64,000 bases of DNA from Felis catus (Eukaryota), in contig NC_058368.1 of assembly GCF_018350175.1 (NCBI RefSeq), positions 97,652,001 to 97,716,000 on the forward strand, in the 5' to 3' direction. Positions 24,447-36,589 of this stretch are shown one piece after another. How positions within the stretch are numbered: the stretch's first letter is position 1; each line of letters opens with the position of its first letter. The notes beneath the pieces are model-generated. The model saw only the letters and a list, made by a program, of their open reading frames with translations, was not told where the DNA came from and did no database searches. Made by a program: the position numbers and the translations under genes.

Positions 24447-24751
24447 TGTTGGAATATTTCTTAAACATGCAAGAGTGAATACATTCCACAGGAGGTAAAT
24501 CATCGTGAGTACTGGAGCATTATTCTCTGGGGGCTGAACAGGGACTAATCCCCTTTTGAATAAAAGCAGAGCAAAATCAAGATGAAGTGACTGACCGAGC
24601 ATATATGGGAAGTGACAGGGAAGTCCCAGAGAATCTGCTGTCCTTTGGCTTCACTTGTGGCATGGGGGGATGGGGCAGTGCACTTTGCCCAAGGTTATAC
24701 TGGTGACTGAGGGGCGTCCTTGTCCCCATACAGTCTTATAAAGTTTCTTTT

Positions 24752-24971
24752 TATTTTATTTTTATTTTTTTTAACGTTTATTTATTTTTGAGACAGAGAG
24801 AGAGCATGAACGGGGGAGGGTCAGAGAGAGAGGGAGACACAGAATCTGAAACAGGCTCCAGGCTCTGAGCTGTCAGCACAGAGCTTGATGCGGGGCTTGA
24901 ACTCACAAACTTCAAGATCCTGACCTGAGCTGAAGTCAGATGCCTAACCGACTGAGCCACTCAGGTGCCCC
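24752..24971 (-). mobile_element. Can-SINE (nested cluster member 1)
   Basis: TSD aagtttctttt. Confidence 0.92.
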
Positions 24972-24982
24972 AAGTTTCTTTT

Positions 24983-25183
24983 TTTTTTTTTTTTTAATTT
25001 ATTTTGAGACAGAGATAGAGAGTGAGCAGGGGAGGGGCAGAGAGAGACCGAGAATTCCAAGCAGGCTCTGCGCTGTCAGCACAGAGCCCAACTAAGTGCT
25101 CAAAGCCATGAACCCATGAGATCGTGACCTGAGCTGAAATCAAGAGCCCGGATGCTCAACCGACTGAGCCACCCAGGTGCCCC
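24983..25183 (-). mobile_element. Can-SINE (nested cluster member 2)
   Basis: Tail, AG tract, head. Confidence 0.9.
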
Positions 25184-25194
25184 TACAGTCTTTT

Positions 25195-25428
25195 TTTTTT
25201 TTTTTTTTTTTTAATTTTTTTTTTTCAACGTTTATTTATTTTTGGGACAGAGAGAGACAGAGCATGAACGGGGGAGGGGCAGAGAGAGAGGAAGACACAG
25301 AATCGGAAACAGGCTCCAGGCTCTGAGCCATCAGCCCAGAGCCCGACGCGGGGCTCGAACTCACGGACCGCGAGATCGTGACCTGGCTGAAGTCGGACGC
25401 TTAACCGACTGCGCCACCCAGGCGCCCC
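25195..25428 (-). mobile_element. Young SINEC_Fc-type Can-SINE (cluster member 3)
   Basis: CpGs intact, long T tail, TSD tacagtctttt. Confidence 0.95.
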
Positions 25429-26659
25429 TACAGTCTTTTAAAATATGCTGCATGTTCCTTACTCTTGAGCTAAATCTGGACGTTCTTCCCCAAGGTGACT
25501 GCTGGATTGCATTTAAATGCTAAACAAGTTTTTTTCCAGGTTTCCTGAGGATGGGGGTGGGGGAGCCACTGTTCAAAGATGGAGCTGCTACAGTGACTCT
25601 GAATTGAATTACGAGGCTGACGTGGCTGCCCTTGGACTGTTCATTCAGCAGCCCTTCTTCTCCTTGGCTAACCTGAGCAGGGCTGCAGGCCTGTTTGTGA
25701 AGCCGGTGTAAAAACAAGCAGAACATCAAGGGCATTTATTTTAACGCGTCTCATGTGGTTTGTACGTAACTGGACTTGCAAAAGGAGATTTAATAATTCT
25801 TATGAGGGCACTTTCTGCAAGAAGAGGCTGAAAATGAGCCCTGCCTGCAGGGGATTGGGCCCGGAATTTGGGTTGTCTGAGTCTGCGTAACCATCACCTT
25901 GAAAAAGGTGGCACACCTTAGTCCAGTTATAGATGAACGGGAGCTGTCTTATCCGTGTGGCGCACAGCCCTGATGAGATCCTGTAGGGCCCCTGGTGGAC
26001 ATCTGCAGACATCAGGGCTGTGGTGAGGGAGGGGGAGGACCAATGATGTGTGTGCCAACAAGGGCTTCCAGAATGATTCCTCGGACAGGCTAGGAAAGGT
26101 CACTTCTTACTGGTGGGGGGAGCATTTCTTTGGGATCAAAATGGTCACGTCTCCTCCATTAAGTTTGAGGTTGCCGAGTGAAGGTCCACATCTTCGCAGC
26201 TCCTGACTGAGAATGTATGGCAGAGGGGACCAGGCAGTGAACTGTGACTTTCGGAAGGATGCAGACTGTTACCCTTCAGGTGGTGAGGTCACTTTCCAGG
26301 AGAGGCTCCACAGCACTCATGTTATCCAGATGTTTCTCCTCTTCTCTGGATTGGCTGTCTCTCTGTCATCATCCTGCCCTTTCAGTGAAATGGAGATAAA
26401 AGTCTGCTTAGGGTCTTACCTATGTTAGAATCACTCAGCAATAGGAAGTGATTGGATATCTGGGCCTTATATTAATCTTTATAATCACCTTTACTGCTTG
26501 TGACTTGCATAAATGCTTTTTTCCTGTTCAAACCCAATATTGAAATAAAAAGTTCGAGCATCTTCTACAAAAATTTACTTTTAATGGTGCAATACTTTGT
26601 AATAATCTCTGTAGGACTTTATGCTTTTCAAATCACTTTTTGCTTGTATTACCTTACTT

Positions 26660-26876
26660 ATTATTTTTTTTAATGTTTTCTAATTTATTTTTGAGAGAGA
26701 GACAGAGCGTGAGCAGGGGAGGGGCAGAGAGAGAGGGAGACACAGAATCCGAAGCAGGCTCCAGGCTCCGAGCTGTCAGCACAGAGCCCCCGACGCAGGG
26801 CTTGAACTCACAAACTGTGAGATCATGTTCTGAGCCGAAGTCCAACGGCTAACCAACTGGGCCACCCAGGTGCCGC
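26660..26876 (-). mobile_element. Can-SINE
   Basis: Tail, AG tract, head, TSD tattacctta. Confidence 0.9.
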
Positions 26877-26924
26877 TTCTATTACCTTATTTAATACCAA
26901 ACATAAATATGTCAAGTAAATACT

Positions 26925-27035
26925 ATTTGTAATCCTCATTTTACATGTGAGGGAAGGGAGGCCCAAAGAGGTTAATTTGCTGAAAGTCGTTAAAAAACGA
27001 TAAATTTTAATTCAGGCTCTTTAAATCCAGATCTT
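26925..27035 (-). mobile_element. MIR fragment
   Basis: aatcctcattttacatgtgagggaagggaggcccaaagaggttaa. Confidence 0.55.
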
Positions 27036-27869
27036 TTGTGTATTCTTTTCACCCAGTTTACCTTAGTGCCTACTCTTGTGTTTTTGCCCATATAAAAATG
27101 GGAAATGAGGAAAAAGAAAGCAGCTGGAGAAGAAACTTATTAAAGGAATAGAACTTTTCTCAGAGTTCACGATCTTTCCGGTATGTTATTGGAGCATCTT
27201 TTGCCTTAGATTGGTGAGAAAACTAGTGCTCTGCAAAATACCTCCATTAAGACAGGTATCTCCATGTCAGCTCTAATCCACGACCCTCGGGAGGAAAAAC
27301 CAAGGTTTCACCAAGTGAAGACGCCCACCTCTCAACCAATTGTAAGGAGCCAGTGGACCAGTCCAGGGGGCAGAACTGAGTTCTCCCCATGCTCTGCCAG
27401 ACTTTCTATTCTATCAGCGTTTCAAAAGCCGGAATACCGGCCTCCCCCTTTGGCATTTGGAAAGAATTTATCCCGCTTTGTCAACAGTAGCGCGGGAAGG
27501 GAAGGGCGCTCTCCGTTCCGAGGACCATCCTTAGGGCTACCTTGTAATGGAGCTGCTCCTGCGCCCGAGCTGGGGTTTGAGTAAGAGTGCTCGCCCAGGT
27601 TATGCTGAGTAAGCCGCCTTGTCTGCTTTTCCAGTGCAAAGGTAAGGGGTGGAGGCCAACCCCACTTTCTTCAAAAGGCCCTGCTCTTGGGCTGGTGAGG
27701 TTGCCCGTGCCTGGTGAAACTGGTCCTTCCAGCCACACGGACCAAGGGCCACGTTACTTTACCCGCAAAAGGAACGGACAAACCAGAGCAGCTTCAACAT
27801 CCTTATTTCTTGGCATGTCAGACCCCAAGACAAGGAAAGTTAAATGGGCGCCGAAAAATGTAACCCAAA

Positions 27870-28660
27870 GATCCAGGGGTATTTCTGTGACCGTAAGTGC
27901 ATTTCTTATTTCTGTGCAATTGCAGCGCGCGCTGAGATGAGCCTTGTTGCTTTAGTTGCACATGTATTTCACAGGCGTAGCCAGTCTCGGTCACGTTTGC
28001 CCACGGCGCCCCTCGGCCCTGCCTGTTCCGAGAGTCGGGCTGCGGTCCTGGCCTCCACCCCACCTGCGTGCGCCTGGGCCCCGCCAGCCGCGCCAGGTCG
28101 CCTCCGCCCTGCGACGGGCCGGGTCCGCGCGGCCCCGGGGGCGGACTCCCGCCGCCCAGCCGAGACGCGATTCGTCACTCTTGCAGAAGTTTCCCCCTGC
28201 AAAAATCCCTGCACCAGAACCAGCCCTCCGCCCCGGGGAGGTTTTGATTTTAGTGGCTCCCCTTCCTTTTATTTTCTGTCGTGAGCGGGGTTTTGGCCTC
28301 GGAGCAAACTTGAAGCTCGTCTGAGTACATGTCAGCGGTAATCGCCCCTGCAGCCGGTTACCCTGACACCATGCACTCCGAAGCAGAAGAATCCAAGGAA
28401 GGTATGGCTTTGATTTCTTGGGGGTTGGTGGGCGGGGGGAGCGGCCAAGTCCCGCGGAGGAATGTGGAGGAAAGGCGTAGTTGGGGAGCAGATGGGAGTT
28501 TTACAACGAGCGGTGGCTACTTTGTCGCAGCTCAGCGAGAGCTGACTATACAGAGCCCTGTACCCTGCTCACCCCGCAGCCCCAACGAGACAAGGAGAGG
28601 ACGAGTCCGATCTAGCGCAGGCAGCCCACTAAAAGCTGCTTTGTAGATTTGTCTGGAAAG
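27870..28660 (+). promoter_or_regulatory. TNFAIP8: CpG island / promoter of TNFAIP8
   Basis: Dense CpG and high GC, peaking at 28000-28240. Several CCGCCC GC boxes, a CGTCA CRE half-site at 28173-28177 and a kB-like GAAGTTTCCC at 28186-28195. No SINEs between about 26880 and 31170. Confidence 0.88.
28371..28401 (+). CDS. TNFAIP8: TNFAIP8 first coding exon (canonical isoform), coding part
   Basis: ATG CAC TCC GAA GCA GAA GAA TCC AAG GAA G translates to MHSEAEESKE, the recognised TNFAIP8 N-terminus (continuing VATDVFNSK in exon 2). Good Kozak (gacaccATG). Phase-1 donor G|GTATGG at 28402. Lies in a CpG island. Confidence 0.93.
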
Positions 28661-31171
28661 GAAACGGCCCCAGTATTGACTCCAAGAATGCAAAATGTGC
28701 TTTGAAAAGCGCTTGCCTGCCTGCATTAGGACTTCTTTGCAAGAGCCCGAACAGTTGAGGGACCCTTAAAAAGGGTTTCAGAAATTGGAAACTCCGTGTG
28801 TTTCCGGTTAAAAGGGGAAGCCGAGTGAGGGGAAGAAGTGAAAGATCTTCATTTAGGGAATAGGTTAGTTGTTGTTTTTTTCTTTTTTTTCTTTACTGAC
28901 TTTTCAGTGGTGAATTCATTTTGTTGGGGGCTTAAGGGAGCCCAGAGATGTGAGGGGCGCCTTGTGCAGCTTGTAAACTGAGGAGTTTGTCTGTTTCTAA
29001 CTTCACCCAGGCAAAGGGTTTCCTTTACTCCTAACAGAGAACGGGTGACAGGGCTGGAAAAGCTCCAACGAAAACACAATTATACGCTGGTGTTAGTTCT
29101 GGGAGTTTATTTGTGTGTGAATGTTTGTATGCTTTGTTTCCTGAAACTCGATGTGTACAAAAGTCCTCTTGTAAGTGGGGGTGGGAGGGAGGAGAATTGG
29201 GGAAAATTAGAGAGTAGTAGGAGAGGAGACTGTTCATAATTATGAAAATTCCTTTTCTTTTGGAGCAGCCTCTTGGGAAACTGGTAGATTTCAAGTTAAT
29301 CGCAGCAGCCGCTGGGAGCCTGGGGAGCAGAAAGGAACCCCATCATTTCTCCATTTGGTAGACATGAATGACTTAGGGAGATCCCTTCAAACTTGGCCTC
29401 TTCTGTCTTTTTACTGATTCCCTTCCCAAAGTAAAGCTCTGTGTTTCATAATGTGGTCTCTGGGGGCTGGTGTTTACCTTATTATGTGGTGTGGGGAAAG
29501 AAGTCAGTAAAAGAGGTTGTTTAATAGAAATATGAGGCTGTTGTGAATGAAAAATGACAGCCAGGAGCATTGTGTTTGAGCTTGATGTGGAGCGTGGGGG
29601 ATTAATGTTTCCTGGCTGTGGCCTCTGTCTTGATGGAGCCATGTGCTGATGGCTGGTTTTTCGTTTTTGTTTTTTTTTTTTTGTCTTTATAACAGCAATT
29701 TATAGTAAGTCAAAGGTAGTCAAAGGCAGATAGGAAACAGGCTGAGAGAATCCAGCCTGGTGAACTCTTGTCCTGATTACAAGTAATATTTAAATTGGCA
29801 TTTTCTCCCAGGTGTGTTTTTCCTTTCTTTTGGGAAAGAAGGAGCAGGCGGGGAAGATGGAAAAAAACGTCATCGCAGAGTGTAGACTATATTCCTCTCG
29901 CGGCATCCACCTTGTGCTCTCCTGCCCAGCTCTCTGGATAGTAGCCTAAACAGAGGGTGAAGAGGGTGCTTGATGGCCCCTCCCTACCAGGTCCTCCCCT
30001 TACTACCTCCACTTGCCATCATTTCCATTCTGCAGAACTGCAGCAAAATGGTCTGGACTCTGCTTTTTACAGAAGGCCCAGAATTTAAAAAAAATATGAT
30101 ATGAGTGCTGCAGGTTTACATTGATGGCGATTAGGGAAAGATATGGAACAACTCTGCAGGGAGATGGCGTGAATACTTTATTCACAGAATCATTGTCACT
30201 TCTGCCAGGAAATAAAGGGTGTGTTTGTGTGTGAGTGAGTGTGTGTCCATATCCTGGGCACTTCTTACAAGGCTGGGTATTAGCTGTAGTCTAGAACCCT
30301 CTGTTTAGCTGTCACCCCCGGGATGTCTTTGAAAGGAGTTACCCTGTGTAAAGTATTATTTTTTCTCTCTCCTCACTAGTCCTTTCCCCTCTCCTTAGCT
30401 TTTTTTTTTTTTTCTTCTGATAGAGTTGAGTATCTCATTTAGTGTGGCATCACCACAGGCTCTTCACAATGTCTACATTGCCTTCCGATAGTTGGTGCCT
30501 GACTTCCTATCATGGGAGATGCTTGTAAGTCATTATTCTGAGCTGCAGTGAGAGACTTATACTTTCTTTGGGTTAAATCTGAAAAAAATATCAAGTCGAT
30601 TCAGAAGTCCTTAGAGGCCAACATATTTGTGTATGTGAGTGAATGTGGAAGCAAATGACTGGGGATATTGTTAAGCCATCATAGCTTAGAACGCACTTGA
30701 CTCTGTGCCAGGAGGGCTGAGATTCCATCCTCAGTCTATGGCCACCTCCTAAAGAATTGACTGAATTTTGCCTGCTTACAAATGAATAGGTGATTGTGCT
30801 TGAGTATTAAACAGAAAGAAATAATCCAGGCCTGGCTTTATTAAAAGCTGAATGAATTTAAGATATACGGGCATGATGTGAATAAGAAAGCAAGAGAAAT
30901 GAAGGACGAAACCCACTTTGCGAAAAAGGGGAAGGTCATAGAAAGGAAGACACCAACAGTTTCCAGTGGACGGCAGCTTCCTGAGGAGATAGGCTGACGG
31001 CCACATTTTTTGCGTTTAGGGGCATCCTGTTGAGTAAATTACTTAATTGTGAAATAGGAAAAAATGAAGGGCGGCTCTGATCTCTGAGGACCTTTCTACT
31101 GTTAAACGTCATGGGATGCATAATTCCTTCGTCTAGGTTCTTGTAGCCTTGGTACCAGAAAGTAAGAAAGC

Positions 31172-31394
31172 CATTTTTTTATAGTTTTTTTTTTTAATGT
31201 TTATTTATTTTGAGAGAGAGAGAGAGAGAGATTGGGAGAGGGGCAGCAAGAGGGGGAGAGAGAGAATCCCAAGCAGGCTCGGCACTGTCAGCACAGAGCC
31301 CAACACGGCGCTCGATCCCATGAACTGTGAGATCAAATAACCGGAGTCAAAATCAAGAGTCAGACGTTTAACCGACTGAGCCACCCAGGTGCCC
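31172..31394 (-). mobile_element. Can-SINE
   Basis: Tail, AG tract, head, TSD aagccatt. Confidence 0.9.
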
Positions 31395-32072
31395 TGTGAG
31401 GAAGCCATTGTTAAGGAGGGGTTGCTATGTGGGGACTTGGGAAAAAGTGACCCTGGAGCTGTGAGTGAGCTCAGCTCCTCCCCTGGGGCCCCTAATAGGT
31501 TTTACCCTGCCCTCACCCATTTCTCTTCTGCCTCCTCACCAGGCCTGCTATTTCACAGAGAAAACAGTAGCCATTAGACCATCCCTCAACTTCCTGCCCC
31601 CAGGGTGACAGACTCACCTTCACCCATTCCCTCCCTTCAGGTGTCCGTGGAGTAGGTGTCCTTCCCACAGCAGATAGCCACGCCTTCCACCTTGGGCTCC
31701 TCACCGCACCTGATGTCTTTCCTGGTTCTTTTCCATCAGCTTCCTAATTCAGAGTGTTTGCACCTGCTGGGCCTCCTGCCGGCTCTATCCTTCTCCCTAC
31801 CTGATGTTCTTTTCACTTCCTTGGAGGGATTTGTTCTGAGCCTCCAGCCTGAATTAGGATCTGCCTTCTCTTAGAGCACCTGTTCTTGGCCTTACCGTTA
31901 CTGTTTAGCATCTCTTTTCCAGATCACAAGCTCTGGAGGGTAAGACCACATCTGTTTTCTTCCCCAGTGTAAGTGGTATGAGGTGATCATTTCCTATTTA
32001 TACAGTCAGTGACTGAGCTCCATTCTTCAAGGTATCCTCAACACTTTGTCCAATTTTAGGCATTTATCTCTC

Positions 32073-32141
32073 CTTTATTTTTGTTTTAATTTTTTTTAGT
32101 GTTTATTTATTTTTGAGAGAGAGCGTGAGCGGTGGAGGGGC

Positions 32142-32188
<47 letters not shown>

Positions 32189-32315
32189 CAGAAGCTAGCT
32201 CCAGGCTCTGAGCTGTCAAGCACAGAGCCCAACATGGGGCTTGAAATCACAGACTATGAGATCATGACCTGAGCCGAAGTCAGACACTTAACCAACTGAG
32301 CCACCCAGGCGCCCC
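32073..32315 (-). mobile_element. Can-SINE
   Basis: TSD tctcctttattttt. Confidence 0.9.
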
Positions 32316-32358
32316 TCTCCTTTATTTTTTAATTTTTATTAGAAAAAAAATTTTTAAT

Positions 32359-32566
32359 GGGGGTGCCTGGGTGGCTCAGTCGGTTAGGTGTCCGACTTTG
32401 GCTCAGGTTATGATCTCGTAGTCTGTGGGTTCAAGCCCTGCGTCGGGCTCTGTGCTGACAGCTCAGAGCCCGGAGCCTGCTTGAGATTCTGTGTCTCCCT
32501 CTCTCTATCTGTCCCTCCCCTGCTTGTGCTCTGTCTCTGTCTCTGTCTCTCTCTCTCAAAAGTAAA
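32359..32566 (+). mobile_element. Can-SINE
   Basis: Head, CT tract. Confidence 0.9.
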
Positions 32567-32577
32567 TTTTTTTACTG

Positions 32578-32671
32578 TTTAATTTAATTTTTTTTTTTTT
32601 GAGAGAGAGAGAGAGACCTGAGCCAAAGTCAAGAGTGGAACACGTAACCGACTGAGCCACCCAGGCACCCC
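32578..32671 (-). mobile_element. Internally deleted Can-SINE
   Basis: (AG)n joined directly to acctgagccaaagtc; body missing. Confidence 0.85.
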
Positions 32672-32689
32672 TGAAGACACAGTTTTGAA

Positions 32690-32920
32690 ACTAAAATGTA
32701 CTGAGGTCTTCTGTGTGCCAGACACAGTGCCAAGCAACTGATTATGTATATTATCTCATTTAATACTTGTATAATAATCCCTTGTGTTGACTCCGCATAA
32801 CAGTAAAGCAATCTGAAGTCCAGAGAGGTTACAAACTGTGCCTAACATCACAAAGCTAGAAAAAGTGGAATCAGGGTGTGAATGGACGCTGACTATCCGC
32901 AGAACCCATGCTTTTAATCC
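32690..32920 (-). mobile_element. MIR
   Basis: tgtgccagacacagtgccaagca...atctcatttaatactt...cagagaggtt. Confidence 0.65.
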
Positions 32921-33681
32921 TGACCTGATACTCCTGGGAATGTCCCAAAGCTACCCTCCCCCATCCTCAAGCTTGGCATTCAGGGGGATGCTCCCTGTGG
33001 TCTGTGTTCATTTGCACCCTGGCTCCGGAAGTGAGGGGTGGAGAGGCCAAGTGTTGGAGAAGGAAGAGGAGACCCAGGCTCTTTCCTGCCTCTCAGGGAC
33101 ACGGGTAGGGAGTCTTGAGTGCATTCTTCTCCCCTGGTGAGGGGATCTAGGAGCCCAGCAGGGGCTGGTAGGGGGTACCTGGAGCCCACTGCAGTGGAGG
33201 GTCGGGGGAGACCCAAGCACCTTTGGGACAAGGTTTTTTGAGTCGCCAACTTGAAAAGGGAGTGTGGACTCCCCTGGTCACTGAGATGAAATAGGCTTCA
33301 GTTATGTGTATATTAGGTTATCACAATTTGGTGACCTTATAGTATCCACTGGGCTTCAAGTTTCCTCAAAATCTGCAAGATGGGTATACACAGTGAGTGA
33401 TCCTCAAGTCTGTTGTGATCCACTCAGTTAACTTGTCATGTCTCCTGGTGATGAGTTAACTTGTTGGCAATATGCACAGACATTTACACTCTCGATGGTA
33501 GCCCTCCTCGGTTGAAATGTCATTTTAACAGGTAACTGACCTGTTCCTCAGTGACCGTATGGTAGTTTCTCAGGACTTCAGGTTACCTATGCTGAATCTG
33601 TCTCACCATGGTCTGCCCTCTCTGGGGTCCTCGCTTCCCTGGTGGGTTTTCATGAAGCCTATTTTTTTGTTTTTTAAACCT

Positions 33682-33913
33682 TTATTATTATTTTTTTTAA
33701 GTTTATATATTTTGAGAGAGAAAGAGAAAGAATGTGTGAGCAGGGGAGTGGCAGAGAGAGAGAGAGAGAGAGAGAGAATGAATGAATCCCAAGCAGGCCC
33801 TGTGCTGTCAGCACAGAGCCCAACGCAGGGCTCAATCTCATGAACTGTGAGATTCTGACCTGAGCCCAAACGAAGAGTCGGGAGCTTAGCCGACTGAGCT
33901 ACCCAGGCGCCCC
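33682..33913 (-). mobile_element. Can-SINE
   Basis: Tail, (AG)n, head. Confidence 0.9.
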
Positions 33914-34933
33914 TCAGGCAGCCTGTTGTGATCAATCAACTTGGCAGTCGGATGACTGAAGTCAGCCAAATGACAGGACAGAGGTATGTCTGAGGACTGA
34001 CTCCTCATAGAGACTTCACACTAGAAAGAAGGGGACCAACACCTGGCAGAGTATTTCTCATAGGAGAGAACAGCTCACTTTTTCCATGGTGGTAACTTGT
34101 TCATCTCTTCTGTCACCAGAAAGCCACATTAGGTAGGGTCCTCGCTGCCCTGGGACCTCATGAGGTGTGACAGCTTCTATAACAGCATTCTTTGCTAAGC
34201 ATTACTGTACCGGTTTTCTCCCCTCTTCCCTCCCTGTGCTGGCCCTTCTCTGCAGATGGAAAGAAAAAGAAAGGCTCTGAAGAAATGCATGGCCCTGGGT
34301 GCGGCTGACCTTGATGTCATGTATAACGTAAGAGGTCCAGCATAGGGTCTAAAATACCAGACTTTGATGTGATCATGTTTCCTTTTATGTAGTCATTAGC
34401 CTTGGAGTACAGAGTGCTCACAGGGACTAAAAGTGGAACATTGGTTTAGAGGTCCTTGCCAAACCATCTTCTGTACGGTGGACATCACTGATGACCCGAC
34501 ATTGTTCCACACCCCCGGCTTCAGGGTGTCTGGGCCTTTTTCTTCCTCACTTCTGAAATTTTCATCAGACTGAATATGTATCACGCTTTTCTGGTCCCCG
34601 AACTATGGCGCCAGTGAGCAGTCAGGATAACGTAGATGATTAGGTTCCCTGTTCCTGGCTGTGGGTAATCCGGCAAACAGCCCCAAAAGTGGGCAAGTGC
34701 CAGAGCATGCAGTAGGGCCAGAGAAATCTCCAGACCCAGTGATTTCACTTCAGAGTAATGCAGAGTCGCTCGATCTGCCACAAACCGTTTATTTGTCAAC
34801 ATTTCCGTCTGTACGAGAAGGATGCTGACAACTTGGAAAAGAATGAGTTGAGCTTGGTCGTATACCTCTCTTCATTTAGTGGGTTGTGCCTCAAATGATA
34901 GCGTAAGCTGCATTAAAAAAAAATCAACTCACT

Positions 34934-35139
34934 GGGGCACCTTTGTGGCTCAGTCATTTAAGTGTCTGACTCTTGATTTTGGCTCAGGTCATGATCTCAC
35001 GTTTCGTGGGATCGAGCTCTGTGTCAGGCTCTAGGCTGACATCACGAAGCCTGCTTGGGATTTTCTCTCTCCCTCCCTCTCTCTGCCCTTCCCACTCACT
35101 CTCACTCTCTCTCTCAAAATAAATAAACTTGAAAAAAAA
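34934..35139 (+). mobile_element. Can-SINE
   Basis: TSD aaaaaaaatcaactca. Confidence 0.92.
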
Positions 35140-36104
35140 TCAACTCATTGTGTCTGTCTGTAATATTTCAGGAAGATCTGCGATAAGGAGACTTTGTAAT
35201 TAAAATGATTCTCCTCCAGACACAAGTAAAATCACCACGATTTAGAGTTAAAAAGCAACAGCACACGTTCTTTTATCTTACCTCTTATTTTAGAGATGCA
35301 GAACTGAGGCTCAGAGAGGTAAAGTCCAGGCCCTATCAAGCACCGCACCCCCCTTCCCCCTCATGCCTGTTTGGCCAACAAGAAGTTTTGCAAACATAGG
35401 TTTTTTGCATCCTGCATTTGTTCATGAGCTCTCCTTGAGGCAGAACGGACCTCATCTGTTTGTATGGCTGCCGTTCACCAGCTTTGGGGGGAATTTACAA
35501 AACCTAAAGGGAGTGGTTGAACACCTGAAGATTTCCTATTTCACCTCCTAAGTGGATAACGAGTGAGGAAGATGAAGAGGCACTGTGAAGTAAAATTGAG
35601 CTCTGCACATAGGTCTTCTTTGCTCCCTGGTGTGGAAAGTGGGAGAGTCCAAGTGAGAGGCGATTACACAGTGAGCTAATTTGTTTTCATTCCTTTGAGA
35701 AGAGCATCATTCAGGGAAATTCACCATTGAGGGTGCTGGTTGGGCAGGGGTGCTCTTGTGGGGAGAACGTGTGCACCTGTGTGGGTGGGAAGCGTTCAGA
35801 CACCGGACGGGCGGCTGCAGTAACAGATGGGCGCCCCACAGTCTCATTTTCCCCAGGGCCCCTCAGGCCTGGTGCATTCTGGGAGTCAGCCCGCGGCTCC
35901 CGCGGCCGCTGACCAAGGAACCTGAAAGAACAATTAATTCAATCTGGTTCTAAGAGTTTAAGAAGCTTGAAGAAGAGTTGTGCTGCAGTGCGTCCTGAGT
36001 GACTAACTGCTGAGTGGGCACTGAATGTCTCAGAGGTGCTTCTCTGGGGATCTGCAAGCCTGGGCAAAGCCTGTGTTGCTATTAAGTGGTACCTTGTGGT
36101 ATTT

Positions 36105-36247
36105 ATGTTTATTTTTTTTATTTTTTTTTAACGTTTATTTATTTTTAAGAGACAGAACGAGCAGAAGAGGAACAGAGAAAGAGAGAGAGGGAGCCACAGA
36201 ATCCGAAGCAGGCTCCAGGCTCTGAGCTGTCAGCACAGAGCCTGATG
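36105..36247 (-). mobile_element. 5'-truncated Can-SINE
   Basis: Tail and body present, head absent. Confidence 0.85.
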
Positions 36248-36440
36248 AGAGAGATGGGGGTTTGGCGTTTGTGTGTGTAGTACCATCTGTGCGCGTACTT
36301 GAGAATACGCTCTCCGGGTTTGTGGTGACAAGATTTAATTTTGTAAATAACTGGGAGCAGACTTCTCCCAAGGAAATGGTGAAATGCCCTAAGCGACCAC
36401 GACAGCGTTAGGCTCCCGAAGCCTTAAGACCTTATTGCCT

Positions 36441-36589
36441 GGGGTCCCTGCGTGGCTCAGTCGGTTAAGCGTCCGACTCTTGATTTCCGTAGAGCCTAAC
36501 ACGGGGCTCGAACTCACGAACCGTGAGATCATGACCTGAGCTGAAATCAAGAGTCGAACGCTTAACTGACTGAGCCACCCAGGCGCCCC
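36441..36589. mobile_element. Fused inverted pair of Can-SINE heads
   Basis: Plus-strand head 36441-36487 joined to a minus-strand 5' half ending at 36589; no tails. Confidence 0.88.

Noticed and set aside
27844..28646. GC-rich ORFs across the promoter and read-through past MHSEAEESKE
   Set aside because: CpG-island stop-codon depletion and intron read-through. Only 28371-28401 (possibly from 28329) is credible.
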